A stretch of 63,570 nucleotides of DNA, filler included, from Octopus bimaculoides (lineage: Eukaryota): assembly GCF_001194135.2 (NCBI RefSeq). It is 6 parts of 6 records of this genome, joined end to end, with 100 filler letters (N's around TTAATTAATTAA, not from the genome) between each part and the next. Parts side by side here need not be neighbours in the genome. Positions count along the whole stretch, not along the records: positions 26,254 to 42,348 come from NC_068995.1; 5 more parts are not named here. One strand, given 5' to 3'. Below the pieces are notes generated by a model, which was not told the DNA's origin, searched no databases, and worked only from the letters and a program-made list of their open reading frames with translations. Numbering within the stretch: the stretch's first letter is position 1; every line of letters begins with the position of its first letter. Position numbers and translations under genes: made by a program. This document shows, piece after piece, positions 28,095 through 41,664 of the stretch.

Positions 28095-28558
28095 ATGCCC
28101 GGATGCAGTACCAGGCATTGACTCTCATGGCTTCTGATCTTAACTGATTGGAAGCGTTATTATATACATGTTTTGTCTTCGTATAAAAGATGGGCTACAG
28201 CAAATATTCTGCTCAATACCACAGATTTGCTTGTCAGTTGTTTGACTTTAACCAGTTGAGCATGTCCCTTAGTGGCTGACGATATGTGCATCTCTGATCA
28301 CGAGCAGAAGTAGTGGGGGAGCATCATAGTCATGTGTTGAGAGGAATTCTTTGGGGTTTGCTCAACATCCTTAAACAAACCTTATTCAGGGGCCTTTTGA
28401 ACAGGATGGGCTACGCATCCCGCTCAAACTGGGCCCCACCTGCGAGGTCATGCGCTGTTTATTTTGATATAAGATCACCATGTCGCGCACATATGGTTGT
28501 GATGCATGTGCCTGGTGTACCCTTATCAGACGGGTAGTCATGATGGGTATACTGGGCT
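28095..28558 (-). mobile_element. Probable non-LTR retroelement 3' non-coding segment ending in (TTA)n
   Basis: Complex 460-bp block between two (AAT)n arrays; the minus strand ends gggcat(tta)n. I recall it as an octopus interspersed repeat, but it is single-copy in this window. Confidence 0.4.
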
Positions 28559-28666
28559 TAATAATAATAATAACAACAACAATAATAATAATAATAATAA
28601 TAATAATATATATACGTATATATATATATATAAATACACATGCATCCATTCATACATACATGCATA

Positions 28667-28725
<59 letters not shown>

Positions 28726-29753
28726 GTATGTTTGTATGTATATAAGTTTTTTTCTGTTTTTGTTTTGTACCTAGCTTCAGATTGCCAAAGCTGTACCTAC
28801 GTCTGAGGAGGCGAAACCACCTCAGAACGTGGACATTTGCTAGAGTGTTTTTTTTTTAGGCATGACCTCTGTAGAGAACTTTATGATTCAGTGACTTCCT
28901 TATCAAGTGTGCGACCTCCCGTTTCCGGAAAGCAGTGGGAAGCGATTTGAAGGAGATTCGGCTGTTATGTCTTGCAACCAGTGTTATTACGTGCAGCCAG
29001 TCTCACTTCATAAACTTGCTGGATTTTTACCTTTATGTGTGTATGATTCTGCAATGTATATAACTGGATATGTAGGTATATGCGTGTGTACTTGTGCGTT
29101 TATGCGTCATTGTAGATGTATGTATTTGTTCATGTGTATGCTTGACTATGTCTTTGTATTAGTTTGTGGGTCTCTGATTGCTTTACCCCTGTATATGTGC
29201 TTCGACCATTTTGCTGCTGCGAGTGAATGCAAATGTGTGTGCTTGTGTTTTGTGTACAAGAATATAAGCTTGTGCTTATATCTATGTGCGTATGTTCGTG
29301 TGAAAATGCCCGTTTGTAATTGTGTGTTTCCACGTGTGAAGGTACGCGTTTGTGTATGGCTACTGCGCGCGTGTGTGTGTGTGTCTGTGATAGTGTGTGC
29401 TTGTGATTGTATGTTTGGTGAGTCTGTGTTTGTTGGTGATTGGTTTCTATGTGTACGGTGTGGTGGTGGTGGTGGTGGTGTGTGGGTACGAGTGCATAAT
29501 TGCTTGATTGTACGTGCTAGTGCGTATGTCTTTGTCTCCGTTTTGTTCGACTGTCTCAGTGTCTCTGTGTGTGTGCGTGTTTGTGTGTTTGCGTATATGT
29601 GTGCGTACACGTGTGTATTTCCTCCAATACATAAGAACAATTAGGGCTGGGAATAAAATACCGTTATAGAATCATAATTGATATCTTTAGGAGCAACCAA
29701 AGGAAGAAGAGTTTGGAAACATGTCAAAGTTGACGGCCACCAATGTTCATAAG

Positions 29754-29805
<52 letters not shown>

Positions 29806-30303
29806 TGTTGTATTCAAACAAGAAATCACTTTTCTCTTTTGTTATATTTAACTTATTTTTGTATCTTTTCTTCATTTTATTAAATGCTTTTTTTTTGTTA
29901 CATATGTATATATTTGTTTAGTCTCTTTTCTTTCTTGTGGTTGTTGTATGTGTGAAACCGTAGCTCTTATAATAACTGTCTAGACCAGATTTGGATGAAT
30001 AGGAGACACAAAGACATAGAGGCACAGAAACATACACACATACATTCATACACACATATACATGGATGCATGCATATATACATCACATACATACATGTAT
30101 ATATGTATGTATATAAGTATGTATATATACACATATATATATAGGTGTATGTGTGTGTGTGCATGCGTGTATGATTGCATGTATATAACTAAAATAAATG
30201 TAACAAATGTGACCACCACCTACCAAAACCTACCCTAAATGTCAACAATCAAGTTTTCGTCACAAAAATCATTACCACATAGTTATTCTTTGTCTGCAGC
30301 AGC

Positions 30304-30340
<37 letters not shown>

Positions 30341-30342
30341 AC

Positions 30343-30392
<50 letters not shown>

Positions 30393-31010
30393 CACTAGCA
30401 GTAGGTTTCTTCTTCTTCTTCTTCTTCTTCTTCTTCTTCTTCTTCTTCTTCTTCTTCTTCTTCTTCTTCTTCTTCTTCTTCTTCTNNNNNNNNNNNNNNN
30501 NNNNNNNNNNNNNNNNNNNNNNNNNNNNNNNNNNNNNNNNNNNNNNNNNNNNNNNNNNNNNNNNNNNNNNNNNNNNNNNNNNNNNNNNNNNNNNNNNNNN
30601 NNNNNNNNNNNNNNNNNNNNNNNNNNNNNNNNNNNNNNNNNNNNNNNNNNNNNNNNNNNNNNNNNNNNNNNNNNNNNNNNNNNNNNNNNNNNNNNNNNNN
30701 NNNNNNNNNNNNNNNNNNNNNNNNNNNNNNNNNNNNNNNNNNNNNNNNNNNNNNNNNNNNNNNNNNNNNNNNNNNNNNNNNNNNNNNNNNNNNNNNNNNN
30801 NNNNNNNNNNNNNNNNNNNNNNNNNNNNNNNNNNNNNNNNNNNNNNNNNNNNNNNNNNNNNNNNNNNNNNNNNNNNNNNNNNNNNNNNNNNNNNNNNNNN
30901 NNNNNNNNNNNNNNNNNNNNNNNNNNNNNNNNNNNNNNNNNNNNNNNNNNNNNNNNNNNNNNNNNNNNNNNNNNNNNNNNTATATATATATATATATATA
31001 TATATCTGAC

Positions 31011-31263
31011 GTGGCACTCCCATTCCGTCGGTTACGACGACGAGGGTTCCAGTTGTTCCGATGAACGGAACAGCCTGCTAGTGAAATTAACGTGCAAGTG
31101 GCTGAGCACTCCACAGTTACGTGTACCCTTGCCGTAATTCTCGGGGAGATTCAGCGTGATACAGTGTGTGACAACGCTGGCCCTTTGAAATACAGATACA
31201 ACAAAAACAGGAAGAAAGAGTGAGAGGAAGTCGTTGTGAAAGAATACAGCAGGGTTCGCCACC
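31011..31263 (-). mobile_element. SINE family C, 5'-truncated
   Basis: Reverse complement of 58750-58990. Confidence 0.9.
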
Positions 31264-31664
31264 TGCCAACCCATGTAAAAATATTAACATTACAAATGGA
31301 ACCAGTTTTACTCGTGTTACAAGCAAGTTCTGGACAAGATGATCTTTCTTGAAAAGAAAAAAAAAAAGGATCCCATAAAAGGAACATGTAACATGAGAGA
31401 GTCTCTGTGACCGAAAAGTGCAAATTTACTTTTAAATCATAATAAAACAATGGCTTCTTTCAGTCGCTTTCAACTGTGAAACTAAAAGAGGTCCTTGACG
31501 ACTTGATGAAAGAAATATTTTTTATTGAGCGTGGTAGCCAGACCTGTGAGCCAGTCAGTGGTGTTTTCTTAGGACCGAAAGTGAGAGCAGCAGTTGGATG
31601 AAATAGGCACACTTCGCTGATACATTTGTTACTCAGTATTTTTGATTTATGTCAACATCAAGTA

Positions 31665-31890
31665 ATACTGGTGGAATATTTCCATCAAAACTTCTTTGAA
31701 ATGTAAGCAAAACAGGCCGGAGATTGTTGTTTGGGACAGAGAGGCAAAGGTATGTACCATCATAGAGGTTAGCTGCTCCGCAGATTGAAAATCAAAGAAA
31801 AAGAGGATTTCTGTGGACAACTGCTTCGAAACCTCCAGCTTCTATATCCAGACCATGAATTCATATTCATACCAATAATAAATGGAACAC
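31665..31890 (+). mobile_element. REL-endonuclease fragment of an R2/R4/NeSL-type non-LTR retrotransposon
   Basis: YWWNISIKTSLKCKQNRPEIVVWDREAKVCTIIEVSCSAD, then after a frameshift KIKEKEDFCGQLLRNLQLLYPDHEFIFIPIING (RPD..E..K..KY..PIIIGA pattern). Confidence 0.75.
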
Positions 31891-32089
31891 CGTCGTCGTC
31901 TTTATCAACTTCCCCTATCCTCCTGTTTCTCCTGCTCCTTCTCCTCCGTCTCCTCCTAATCGTCATCGTCATCGTCATCTTCATTGCGAGGATGTTGCTC
32001 GTTGTCGTTGATGAAACGATGAACGATGAAATCGATGCTAATATGAGCGAAGCGAACACACCGAAGCTATCATTTCTGATGGGGGACAA

Positions 32090-32219
32090 AGATGACGACG
32101 ACGACGACGACGGCAAAGACGGCAACGATGATGATGACGATGATGACGACGACGACGATGACGACGGCGATGACGATGATGATGATGATGATGATGATGA
32201 CGACGACGACGACGACGAC

Positions 32220-32250
<31 letters not shown>

Positions 32251-32255
32251 GTGCT
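32090..32255 (+). repeat. (GAT/GAC)n mixed microsatellite
   Basis: Seen directly in the sequence. Confidence 0.9.
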
Positions 32256-32575
32256 AATGACGATGAGGTGTGCAGTGACGATAGTGATGGCGGTTTAACA
32301 TTTGAAAGACGTGTGTAGCAATTGTTGTTGCCCATGTAACACGTTTCGCTAAGGCAAAGCGTTTTCGGGGTTATGGGGAGTTACTGTAACAAAATCAACA
32401 ACAACAACAACAACAACACCACCACTACCAACACCAACAACAACAACAAAAACTAACAATAATAACCATAATAATGATAAAGGGTCAGGCAATTTCTTTT
32501 GACACTGACCCATCATCTCAGTTTTTGACCTTTGCCATCCCGCTCTCTTAATATCAGGACATTTTCTATATTTTC

Positions 32576-32616
<41 letters not shown>

Positions 32617-33401
32617 ACACACGTACACACAAACACATACACGCACATGTGTGCCTCTGTGTGTGTGTCTGAGGTAACTAATTTTGAAAAGTTCATCTCA
32701 CCCCTCACTGAGTCACTTCGTCCGCCCTCGTTCGACATCTAAAGATCTGCGGTACACCCCCGCACGCTACCTTCCATATTTGCCCGTCACCCTTTGTGAT
32801 CATTACATCTCAAACTATACTTACTGCCCCTACCCCATCACCTCTTCATGTGCAAGTATGGTATGAAAATAAATATACATACATACATACATACATATAT
32901 ACATACATACATACACACACACATATACATACATACACACACATATATAAAATGATATGTAATTGTAAAATTCAGAGATCTAGGTGTAGGAAGTTAGTAA
33001 GCTTCGAGCAGTCCGTTGTAGGTATTAAAAAAACAACTTTCCGGAACAATAATAGTATATTGGCGTAGAGGATTGTAGGTTTTTCCAATATCGATGTTCG
33101 ATAAAATGAAAAAAAGGTTTCATTTTAGTTCGCGGCGAGCAACTAAGGTTGCTATTAATGTGAATAAAAATCCAAGTTGAGGGAATGGAGCAGGTAAAAT
33201 CCAGCCTACATATGTTTCATTGTTTCAGACCCTCGGAAGTCAGGATTACTCTACGAGGGGTACTCCACTAGCTACTCATCAGGCCGAAGATACCTTAGTT
33301 AAATGACTTTTACGTTGACGTTAAGGAATCCTAAGTTAACCAACAGGAGATGTAATTTATATATCTATCCATCCATCCATACATAGACACACACACACAC
33401 G

Positions 33402-33440
<39 letters not shown>

Positions 33441-34056
33441 ATATATACATATATAAGCCTGTTTTTATATATATANNNNNNNNNNNNNNNNNNNNNNNNN
33501 NNNNNNNNNNNNNNNNNNNNNNNNNNNNNNNNNNNNNNNNNNNNNNNNNNNNNNNNNNNNNNNNNNNNNNNNNNNNNNNNNNNNNNNNNNNNNNNNNNNN
33601 NNNNNNNNNNNNNNNNNNNNNNNNNNNNNNNNNNNNNNNNNNNNNNNNNNNNNNNNNNNNNNNNNNNNNNNNNNNNNNNNNNNNNNNNNNNNNNNNNNNN
33701 NNNNNNNNNNNNNNNNNNNNNNNNNNNNNNNNNNNNNNNNNNNNNNNNNNNNNNNNNNNNNNNNNNNNNNNNNNNNNNNNNNNNNNNNNNNNNNNNNNNN
33801 NNNNNNNNNNNNNNNNNNNNNNNNNNNNNNNNNNNNNNNNNNNNNNNNNNNNNNNNNNNNNNNNNNNNNNNNNNNNNNNNNNNNNNNNNNNNNNNTATAT
33901 ATATATATATATATATATATGGTTGTGTGTGTATGTATAGCAGCATTTGAACTTATGTATGAAAGAAAAAACATCTACATTATATGTGTGTGTGAGTATA
34001 TATACCAGTATACATATATGTATAACTGTGTGTATATATGTTTATATAAATGTAAA

Positions 34057-34095
<39 letters not shown>

Positions 34096-35251
34096 AAATT
34101 TATGCAAATGTATGTATGTACATGTGAGTATACGTATGTAAATATATATGGTTGCGCGTGTGTGTCTCTGCGTCTATATGTGTGTATGAGAGTGTGTATA
34201 TGTCTGAGTGTGTGAGTGCGTGTGTGTGTGCGAGTATGTGTGAGTGTGTGTGTGTATGTGTGCGTGTTTAAGCACCCTATCCCTTGCTCCACCTTGCTGC
34301 CCCCTATTATCTCTCACATATTGTCTACCTTCATATCGCCTCTCATCTTTTTCGTGTCACATTGATCTTCAACAGCTTTATGATAATACCAAAAAAGAAA
34401 CGAAAAAAAACCTCGAAACAAAAAAAAAAGCATATGTACAATAAGGGACAACCCTCCTTTTTCACCGCTTCGCCCCAAATATGACAATATGACATTTCGA
34501 CCAGACGCCAAACACCAGACACCAAACACCCAATAATTTCCTCATCAAAATCTCAACTTTCCGATATCTTCCATTTCCAGTTGTCCGCTACGTCATTACA
34601 AACGCATCACAAGGCACACCTTAATCTTCTAGTAACATTTTATGTTTTTGCGTAGCACACCCAAGTATTTTTAGAACCCTTGACACTAATCATAATACCA
34701 GTTATACATTTTACCCTTAATCACATCATTATATTTGCTGAACTATATAACGACCCAAATGAGAGGGCCTCTAAGTGGCCCTTTGATCTTTTATTAATAA
34801 TAGTCAAATCCTCCTTAAATCTTGTGACGCCATTTAAAAAGAAATAGCTATAATGAAAACGATACATAAAAATCTGCAGTTCTATATATGCAGAATAGTT
34901 GGGTTGGTCACTGTGCAAACGCCTATGTTGTTCAGTCTTTTAGCGGTTTCAGTGGTTAGGTTGGGGCCATGCCGGGGCACCACCTTTATAGTAATTTTTT
35001 TACCAGCTTTGCTAAATTCTCATGACTGCAAGCTGATCAGTAATTTTGTAGCAATTGAGTAACCCTTATTGCGACCTTATATCTTCTAGTAAGGGTTTTG
35101 TCCCACTTTTTCTTTTAGATTTTGATTCTATTTCGGTAAGCAATTGAACACGTAGGGGTCGCTGAATATCAGATTCTCACAGAAAGTGAGTGCCCTTCTT
35201 TTCGACAGAGGATTAGGTATAAATATATATAAATACACACTCACACACTTG

Positions 35252-35297
<46 letters not shown>

Positions 35298-35649
35298 NNN
35301 NNNNNNNNNNNNNNNNNNNNNNNNNNNNNNNNNNNNNNNNNNNNNNNNNNNNNNNNNNNNNNNNNNNNNNNNNNNNNNNNNNNNNNNNNNNNNNNNNNNN
35401 NNNNNNNNNNNNNNNNNNNNNNNNNNNNNNNNNNNNNNNNNNNNNNNNNNNNNNNNNNNNNNNNNNNNNNNNNNNNNNNNNNNNNNNNNNNNNNNNNNNN
35501 NNNNNNNNNNNNNNNNNNNNNNNNNNNNNNNNNNNNNNNNNNNNNNNNNNNNNNNNNNNNNNNNNNNNNNNNNNNNNNNNNNNNNNNNNNNNNNNNNNNN
35601 NNNNNNNNNNNNNNNNNNNNNNNNNNNNNNNNNNNNNNNNNNNNNNNNN

Positions 35650-35808
35650 GAAAGAGTACAACAGGGGTCGGCACCACGCCCTGCCAGAGCCTTTTGGAGC
35701 TTAGGTGTTTTCGCTCAATGAACACTCACAGCGCCCGGTCTGGGAATCGAAACCGCGATCCTCCGACCGCGAGTCTGCTGCCTTAACTACTGGGCCATTG
35801 CGCCTCCG
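35650..35808 (-). mobile_element. SINE family C head
   Basis: Reverse complement of 58627-58770. Confidence 0.9.
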
Positions 35809-36156
35809 CAGGTTCAAACACAATTTTAAAAAGAATATTTCCTCTCATTTAAATAATCATACCCATTACGTGGAAAGCGCTGCAAAGCAGAAGACGGACC
35901 GAGCCCGTTGTGTCGTTTTTAATATGCTTTTTGAAGTCATTAATTCATTCCAGTTTACAACTCTAATCTCTTTCTGAGAGTCATGAACAATACCAATTAC
36001 AGTTTACGTTTGTTTTTGCTAATTCAAAGAACCTTTATGGATAGGTTAAAATAATCTAAAACGTTCTTCCTTTCCTGATGAATACAGATTTTTCTTCCTC
36101 TAAGTCTATATTTAATCATGATCTAATCATTATAAACGCTTCAGTGTCGCCACCAC

Positions 36157-36275
<119 letters not shown>

Positions 36276-36363
36276 TTATTATTAATCACGCAGTCCATCC
36301 TATCTGCCTTCGTAAAGTTCTTATCTAGGATCGTAACGTGTTAGTATTATTAACAGGGGCTAA

Positions 36364-36585
36364 GGCAGCGAGCTGGAAGAAACGTCGGCACGCCGGGCAA
36401 AATGCTTATCACAATTTCGTCCGTGTTCACGTTTTGAGTTCAAATTCCGCCGCGGTCGACTTTATCTTTTATCCTTTCGGGTTCGACAAATTAAGTACCA
36501 GTCAAATTCTGGAGTCAATATGATCGACTTACCCACTGCCGACAAATTTCAGGGCTAGTACCTATTGTAAAAAGGATCATTATTA
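36364..36585 (+). mobile_element. SINE family B (tRNA-like head; central ctttcatcctttcggggtcgataaa domain, Meta-domain-like)
   Basis: ggcagcgagctgg..gagttcaaattccgccgcggtcgacttt..atcctttcgggttcgacaaattaagtaccag. About 12 copies in the window. The domain name is from recall. Confidence 0.85.
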
Positions 36586-36637
36586 TTAATCCCGTTGTCC
36601 CTAAAGCCCTCCTTGACTAGGATCGTAATGTGCTAGT

Positions 36638-36850
36638 AATATTCTTTTCTACCCTAGGGAAAAGGCTGGAAATTTTGTGGAAGGGGACTAGTCGATTAGA
36701 TCGACCCCAGTACGCAACTGGTACTTAATTTATCGACCCCGAAAGGAAAAAAGGTAAAGTCGACCTCGGCGAAATTTGAACCCAGAACGTAAAGACAGAC
36801 AAAATACCGATTAGCATTTCGCGCTAACGATTCTGCCAGCTCGCCGTCTT
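36638..36850 (-). mobile_element. SINE family B
   Basis: Full-length reverse-complement copy. Confidence 0.9.
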
Positions 36851-36886
36851 TGCGTTATAACATATTGCAATACTTATGATGAAGTA

Positions 36887-37335
36887 AGGCAGTGAGCTGG
36901 CAGAATCGTCAGCACACCAGACAAAATGCTTAAGAACATTTCGTCCGCCTTTAGGTCCTGAATTCAAATTCCGCCGAGGTCGACTTGTGTCCTCGTGCAT
37001 ATGTTCCTTTGAAAGCAGTAATCAGGTACACAACAATGTAATGACAAGACAGATTTGTTAGAGCATCGGAAAAAAATGCTTTGTGATATTTCTTCTGGCT
37101 TTTTGCGTTGATTTCAAATCTCATAGAGGTCAGCTTTGCCGTTCATTATTTTGTGATCGATCAAATAAAGTACCAGTCTAGTGCAACTGTTGGTAGTTTC
37201 GAGTTCAAATCCGATAAACATCTTTATTGCTCTTCGTCATTGGAAAATCGATAATATATTACTAAAGCACTGGGATAGATTTAATGAACTTTCCCCTCCT
37301 CCAAAATGTGAAGCTTTGTGCTAATATTACAAAGC
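36887..37335 (+). mobile_element. Three partial or old SINE family B copies
   Basis: Pieces at ~36887-36990, 37055-37180 and 37196-37335. Confidence 0.6.
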
Positions 37336-38267
37336 AATCCTCACCAAGGGTCTTATATGGGTTCAAATTCTGCTGACGGTGGTCCCTAAATTATTTAATG
37401 ATTCTGTGGGAATTCGAAAAATTTTTGTCAAGCCGTCCATTTTGAATTTCATTTTGTATTCGCTTTTGCATTTGATTAGCGTCTTTATCTGAGAATCCAA
37501 CCAAAACGACCATGCTATACACGGAAATAGAAGCACACACACAAGCACACATAAATGTACACACATGCGTACACATAACAACTCACATGCAAAATACATA
37601 TATACACATACGCACAAACACACATAAATAACTAGATCAGTTGACTACATTTCCATTACTTGAAGTTTCACGCTTGAGATACGTTCTTCAGTCGGCATCT
37701 ATGTATACACACAGATACATACATACATACATACATACATACATACATACATACATACTTATACAATATATATACATACATCCTTATATATATATATATA
37801 TATATATATATCTTCATATATGCCATACACCGTGTTCAGGTGTAGATAAAATTCGTTTCCCATAAACGGCAACTTTGATATCCATCCATCTATCCATCCA
37901 TCATATTAATTTTGAACAGACAAGTAAACCAACATCCTGTTTTAGTGTGAGAAGAAACACTTCGATTGGTAATCATGATCCATGTCGTTCTCCTTCAGTT
38001 GTGTTCTTCCAGGGTGGCTAATCTTATGCAGTCAATTGACCAAATCATGGAAACAAACGCACGCACACATACGCTCATACACATGCACACACATACACAC
38101 ACACACACACATGCACACGCTCATACACATGCACAAACACACACACACATTTAATTGTGGGCTGAAGAGTTCATAGGTTGACTATGTGAAGGAGTGATGC
38201 TAGAGCAGTGAAATCTTGCTTGCATTAATTTCTACTCTAATTAGTAATAAAACGGCATTTTTGTCAA

Positions 38268-38495
38268 CGCGGCGAGCTGGGAGAATCGTTACCACGTCGA
38301 GGAAAATTTCTTAGCGGCATTTTTTTTCGAATTTACATTCTGAGTTCAAATATCGCCGGGGACAACTTTGCCTTACATCCTTTCGGGGGTCGATAAAAAT
38401 AATCGACCCCAAAGTACCAGTTGCACATTGGGGTCGATGTAATGTACTCAAGTTCTACTGCCGGAATTACTAACCTTATGCAAAAAGTTGAAAAC
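38268..38495 (+). mobile_element. SINE family B
   Basis: gcggcgagctgggagaatcgtt..catcctttcgggggtcgataaa. Confidence 0.85.
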
Positions 38496-38619
38496 GCATT
38501 TGTTTTCCAGATAAGCCAACATCTGACTTCCAGTAACACCTCAACATTATTCAGTAGTGTCTTCTCTTGAAAATTTGGCATCGTGATGTCATCAAGTACT
38601 TGTTTAAAGATCAGAGTGC

Positions 38620-38670
<51 letters not shown>

Positions 38671-38979
38671 GGTAGATATAAAGATGTTCGTATGCATATA
38701 TATAGATATAATTGTATGTATGTATATATATATTTATATATATATACAAATGTATATNNNNNNNNNNNNNNNNNNNNNNNNNNNNNNNNNNNNNNNNNNN
38801 NNNNNNNNNNNNNNNNNNNNNNNNNNNNNNNNNNNNNNNNNNNNNNNNNNNNNNNNNNNNNNNNNNNNNNNNNNNNNNNNNNNNNNNNNNNNNNNNNNNN
38901 NNNNNNNNNNNNNNNNNNNNNNNNNNNNNNNNNNNNNNNNNNNNNNNNNNNNNNNNNNNNNNNNNNNNNNNNNNNNNNN

Positions 38980-39063
<84 letters not shown>

Positions 39064-39582
39064 AAGGAGAGAGAGAAAGAGACCTATATATATATATGTT
39101 TGTACGTATATGTATACAAATAGAACTACAGTGACGGTTACTCACAGGACCCATACATGTTAGTGCACGCATATATGCGTTTCGGTGTTTGTGTGTGTCT
39201 GTGTGTGACTGTGTACGCATATATGCTAGCCTGTCAATGTTTGTAGACAGGCATACAAGTAGAAACTGAGGCAAACAAATCACATTAATTAAACACAGAT
39301 GACTAATTGAGTGATTAGCGTAAACAGGAAATATGATTCACTAACACACACACACAATCACACACAAACACTGATTCGAACGCGCATAAATTTACGGACA
39401 CACACCTTCTCTTATACCTAACTGAACACCCATAGAAACATTAGGTTAGAGTCACAAATTCTCATACACCCCAAATCAACCAATCACAAGAACTCACTCG
39501 CACATGTGTCATGGTGTTGGATCCTGCCTCGGTTTCAGCAACGAGAACTCACCTGTTTGATCAACTGGGGTACTTGAACAAA

Positions 39583-39735
39583 GCATGGCTGTGAGGTTAA
39601 GAAGTTACCTTTGCAATCATGTAAACTCGGATTCAGCTCCACTCTGTGGTCCCTTGGGCAAGTATTTGATACACTAACAATGGAAGCCTGGCAAGGGCTT
39701 GTGAGTGATTTTGGCAAATGGTAACTTCCGCTATA
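39583..39735 (+). mobile_element. Old SINE family A head
   Basis: Diverged but collinear with 25474-25635. Confidence 0.6.
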
Positions 39736-39840
39736 TATATAAGGTTGAGGTAAAAATTCGAGCGCCGTGTTAAGCGGCATTATTGATAATGGTGTGCTAA
39801 AATAATGCTTAACACGGCGCATGAACGTTTTCCTCAACTA

Positions 39841-39893
<53 letters not shown>

Positions 39894-40189
39894 NNNNNNN
39901 NNNNNNNNNNNNNNNNNNNNNNNNNNNNNNNNNNNNNNNNNNNNNNNNNNNNNNNNNNNNNNNNNNNNNNNNNNNNNNNNNNNNNNNNNNNNNNNNNNNN
40001 NNNNNNNNNNNNNNNNNNNNNNNNNNNNNNNNNNNNNNNNNNNNNNNNNNNNNNNNNNNNNNNNNNNNNNNNNNNNNNNNNNNNNNNNNNNNNNNNNNNN
40101 NNNNNNNNNNNNNNNNNNNNNNNNNNNNNNNNNNNNNNNNNNNNNNNNNNNNNNNNNNNNNNNNNNNNNNNNNNNNNNNNNNNNNNNNN

Positions 40190-40232
<43 letters not shown>

Positions 40233-40246
40233 CAATTGCCTATCAC

Positions 40247-40363
40247 TAAATCTAGGATTTAGTCGGCCCGAGGCTATAGTACGAAACATCAGCAAAGATG
40301 CCACACTGTGGAACTGAACCTAGAACCGTGTGCTTGTGAAACAAACTTACCACACAGCTACTC
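40247..40363 (-). mobile_element. SINE family A head
   Basis: ggcccgaggctatagta..gccacactgtggaactgaacc..ttaccacacagc. Confidence 0.75.
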
Positions 40364-41041
40364 ACATATGCATATATATGGTGTGTGTGTATGTATATAT
40401 ATACACACACCCACTTATACAATTGACACACGTGTGTTATCTTCTCTTCTCCCTCTCTTTCAACGCATTTCTCTCCTCCCATCTCTCCTCTCATTATCTC
40501 TCTCTATTAAATTTCCTTACTCTCCCTAGATTTCTCTCTCCCTGTTGATGCTTCTCACTGCACCCCTCATTTCTTACTCAAACTCTCTCTCTCTGTTTCT
40601 CTCTATTTCTCTCTCTCTATGGCTCTCTCTCACTCTCGTTTATAACACCCACACCTCTCTCCCTCTGTTTCACTGCCCACCTTTTTCACATCCTGCCCCT
40701 TTTTGACTTCTCCCCTCACTCCTTAGCCCCCCCCTCTTCTCATCTCTCTCTGTCACCTCTCCTCCTTTTACTTTCCATGTCTCACTCTCCTCACACCTCC
40801 TCCCCATACACATATCTCTCCACTCCTTCCACTCCCCACCCAGCACTTCTCACCTTTTAACTCGCCTTCCCTCTCATTATACCTCCTCCTTCTCCTCTCG
40901 TCTTCTCTCATACCACACCTTTTGCTTTCTCTACCATTTCCCTCCCCACATCACATCTCTCAACATATCTCTCTTCATTCTCTTCCTCCCCCCTCTCTCT
41001 TTGTCCACCCTTTCCCGTCTTACCCTTCCTCTATCATTATT

Positions 41042-41072
<31 letters not shown>

Positions 41073-41616
41073 GACCCCCACCTCGACATCTAAATGATTC
41101 TATGCGTTCCTCTAACAANNNNNNNNNNNNNNNNNNNNNNNNNNNNNNNNNNNNNNNNNNNNNNNNNNNNNNNNNNNNNNNNNNNNNNNNNNNNNNNNNN
41201 NNNNNNNNNNNNNNNNNNNNNNNNNNNNNNNNNNNNNNNNNNNNNNNNNNNNNNNNNNNNNNNNNNNNNNNNNNNNNNNNNNNNNNNNNNNNNNNNNNNN
41301 NNNNNNNNNNNNNNNNNNNNNNNNNNNNNNNNNNNNNNNNNNNNNNNNNNNNNNNNNNNNNNNNNNNNNNNNNNNNNNNNNNNNNNNNNNNNNNNNNNNN
41401 NNNNNNNNNNNNNNNNNNNNNNNNNNNNNNNNNNNNNNNNNNNNNNNNNNNNNNNNNNNNNNNNNNNNNNNNNNNNNNNNNNNNNNNNNNNNNNNNNNNN
41501 NNNNNNNNNNNNNNNNNNNNNNNNNNNNNNNNNNNNNNNNNNNNNNNNNNNNNNNNNNNNNNNNNNNNNNNNNNNNNNNNNNNNNNNNNNNNNNNNNNNN
41601 NNNNNNNNNNNNNNNN

Positions 41617-41664
<48 letters not shown>

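Noticed and set aside
28805-28832. CTGAGGA..GAA hairpin resembling a hammerhead
   Set aside because: The core is incomplete; it is better explained as a simple TCTGAGG/CCTCAGA hairpin.
28907-29644. 245-aa Cys/Val-rich ORF
   Set aside because: It is a degenerate (GT)n tract with no recognisable domain.
33240-33290. Minus-strand CTGATGAG hammerhead-like start
   Set aside because: No correctly placed GAAA after a stem II.
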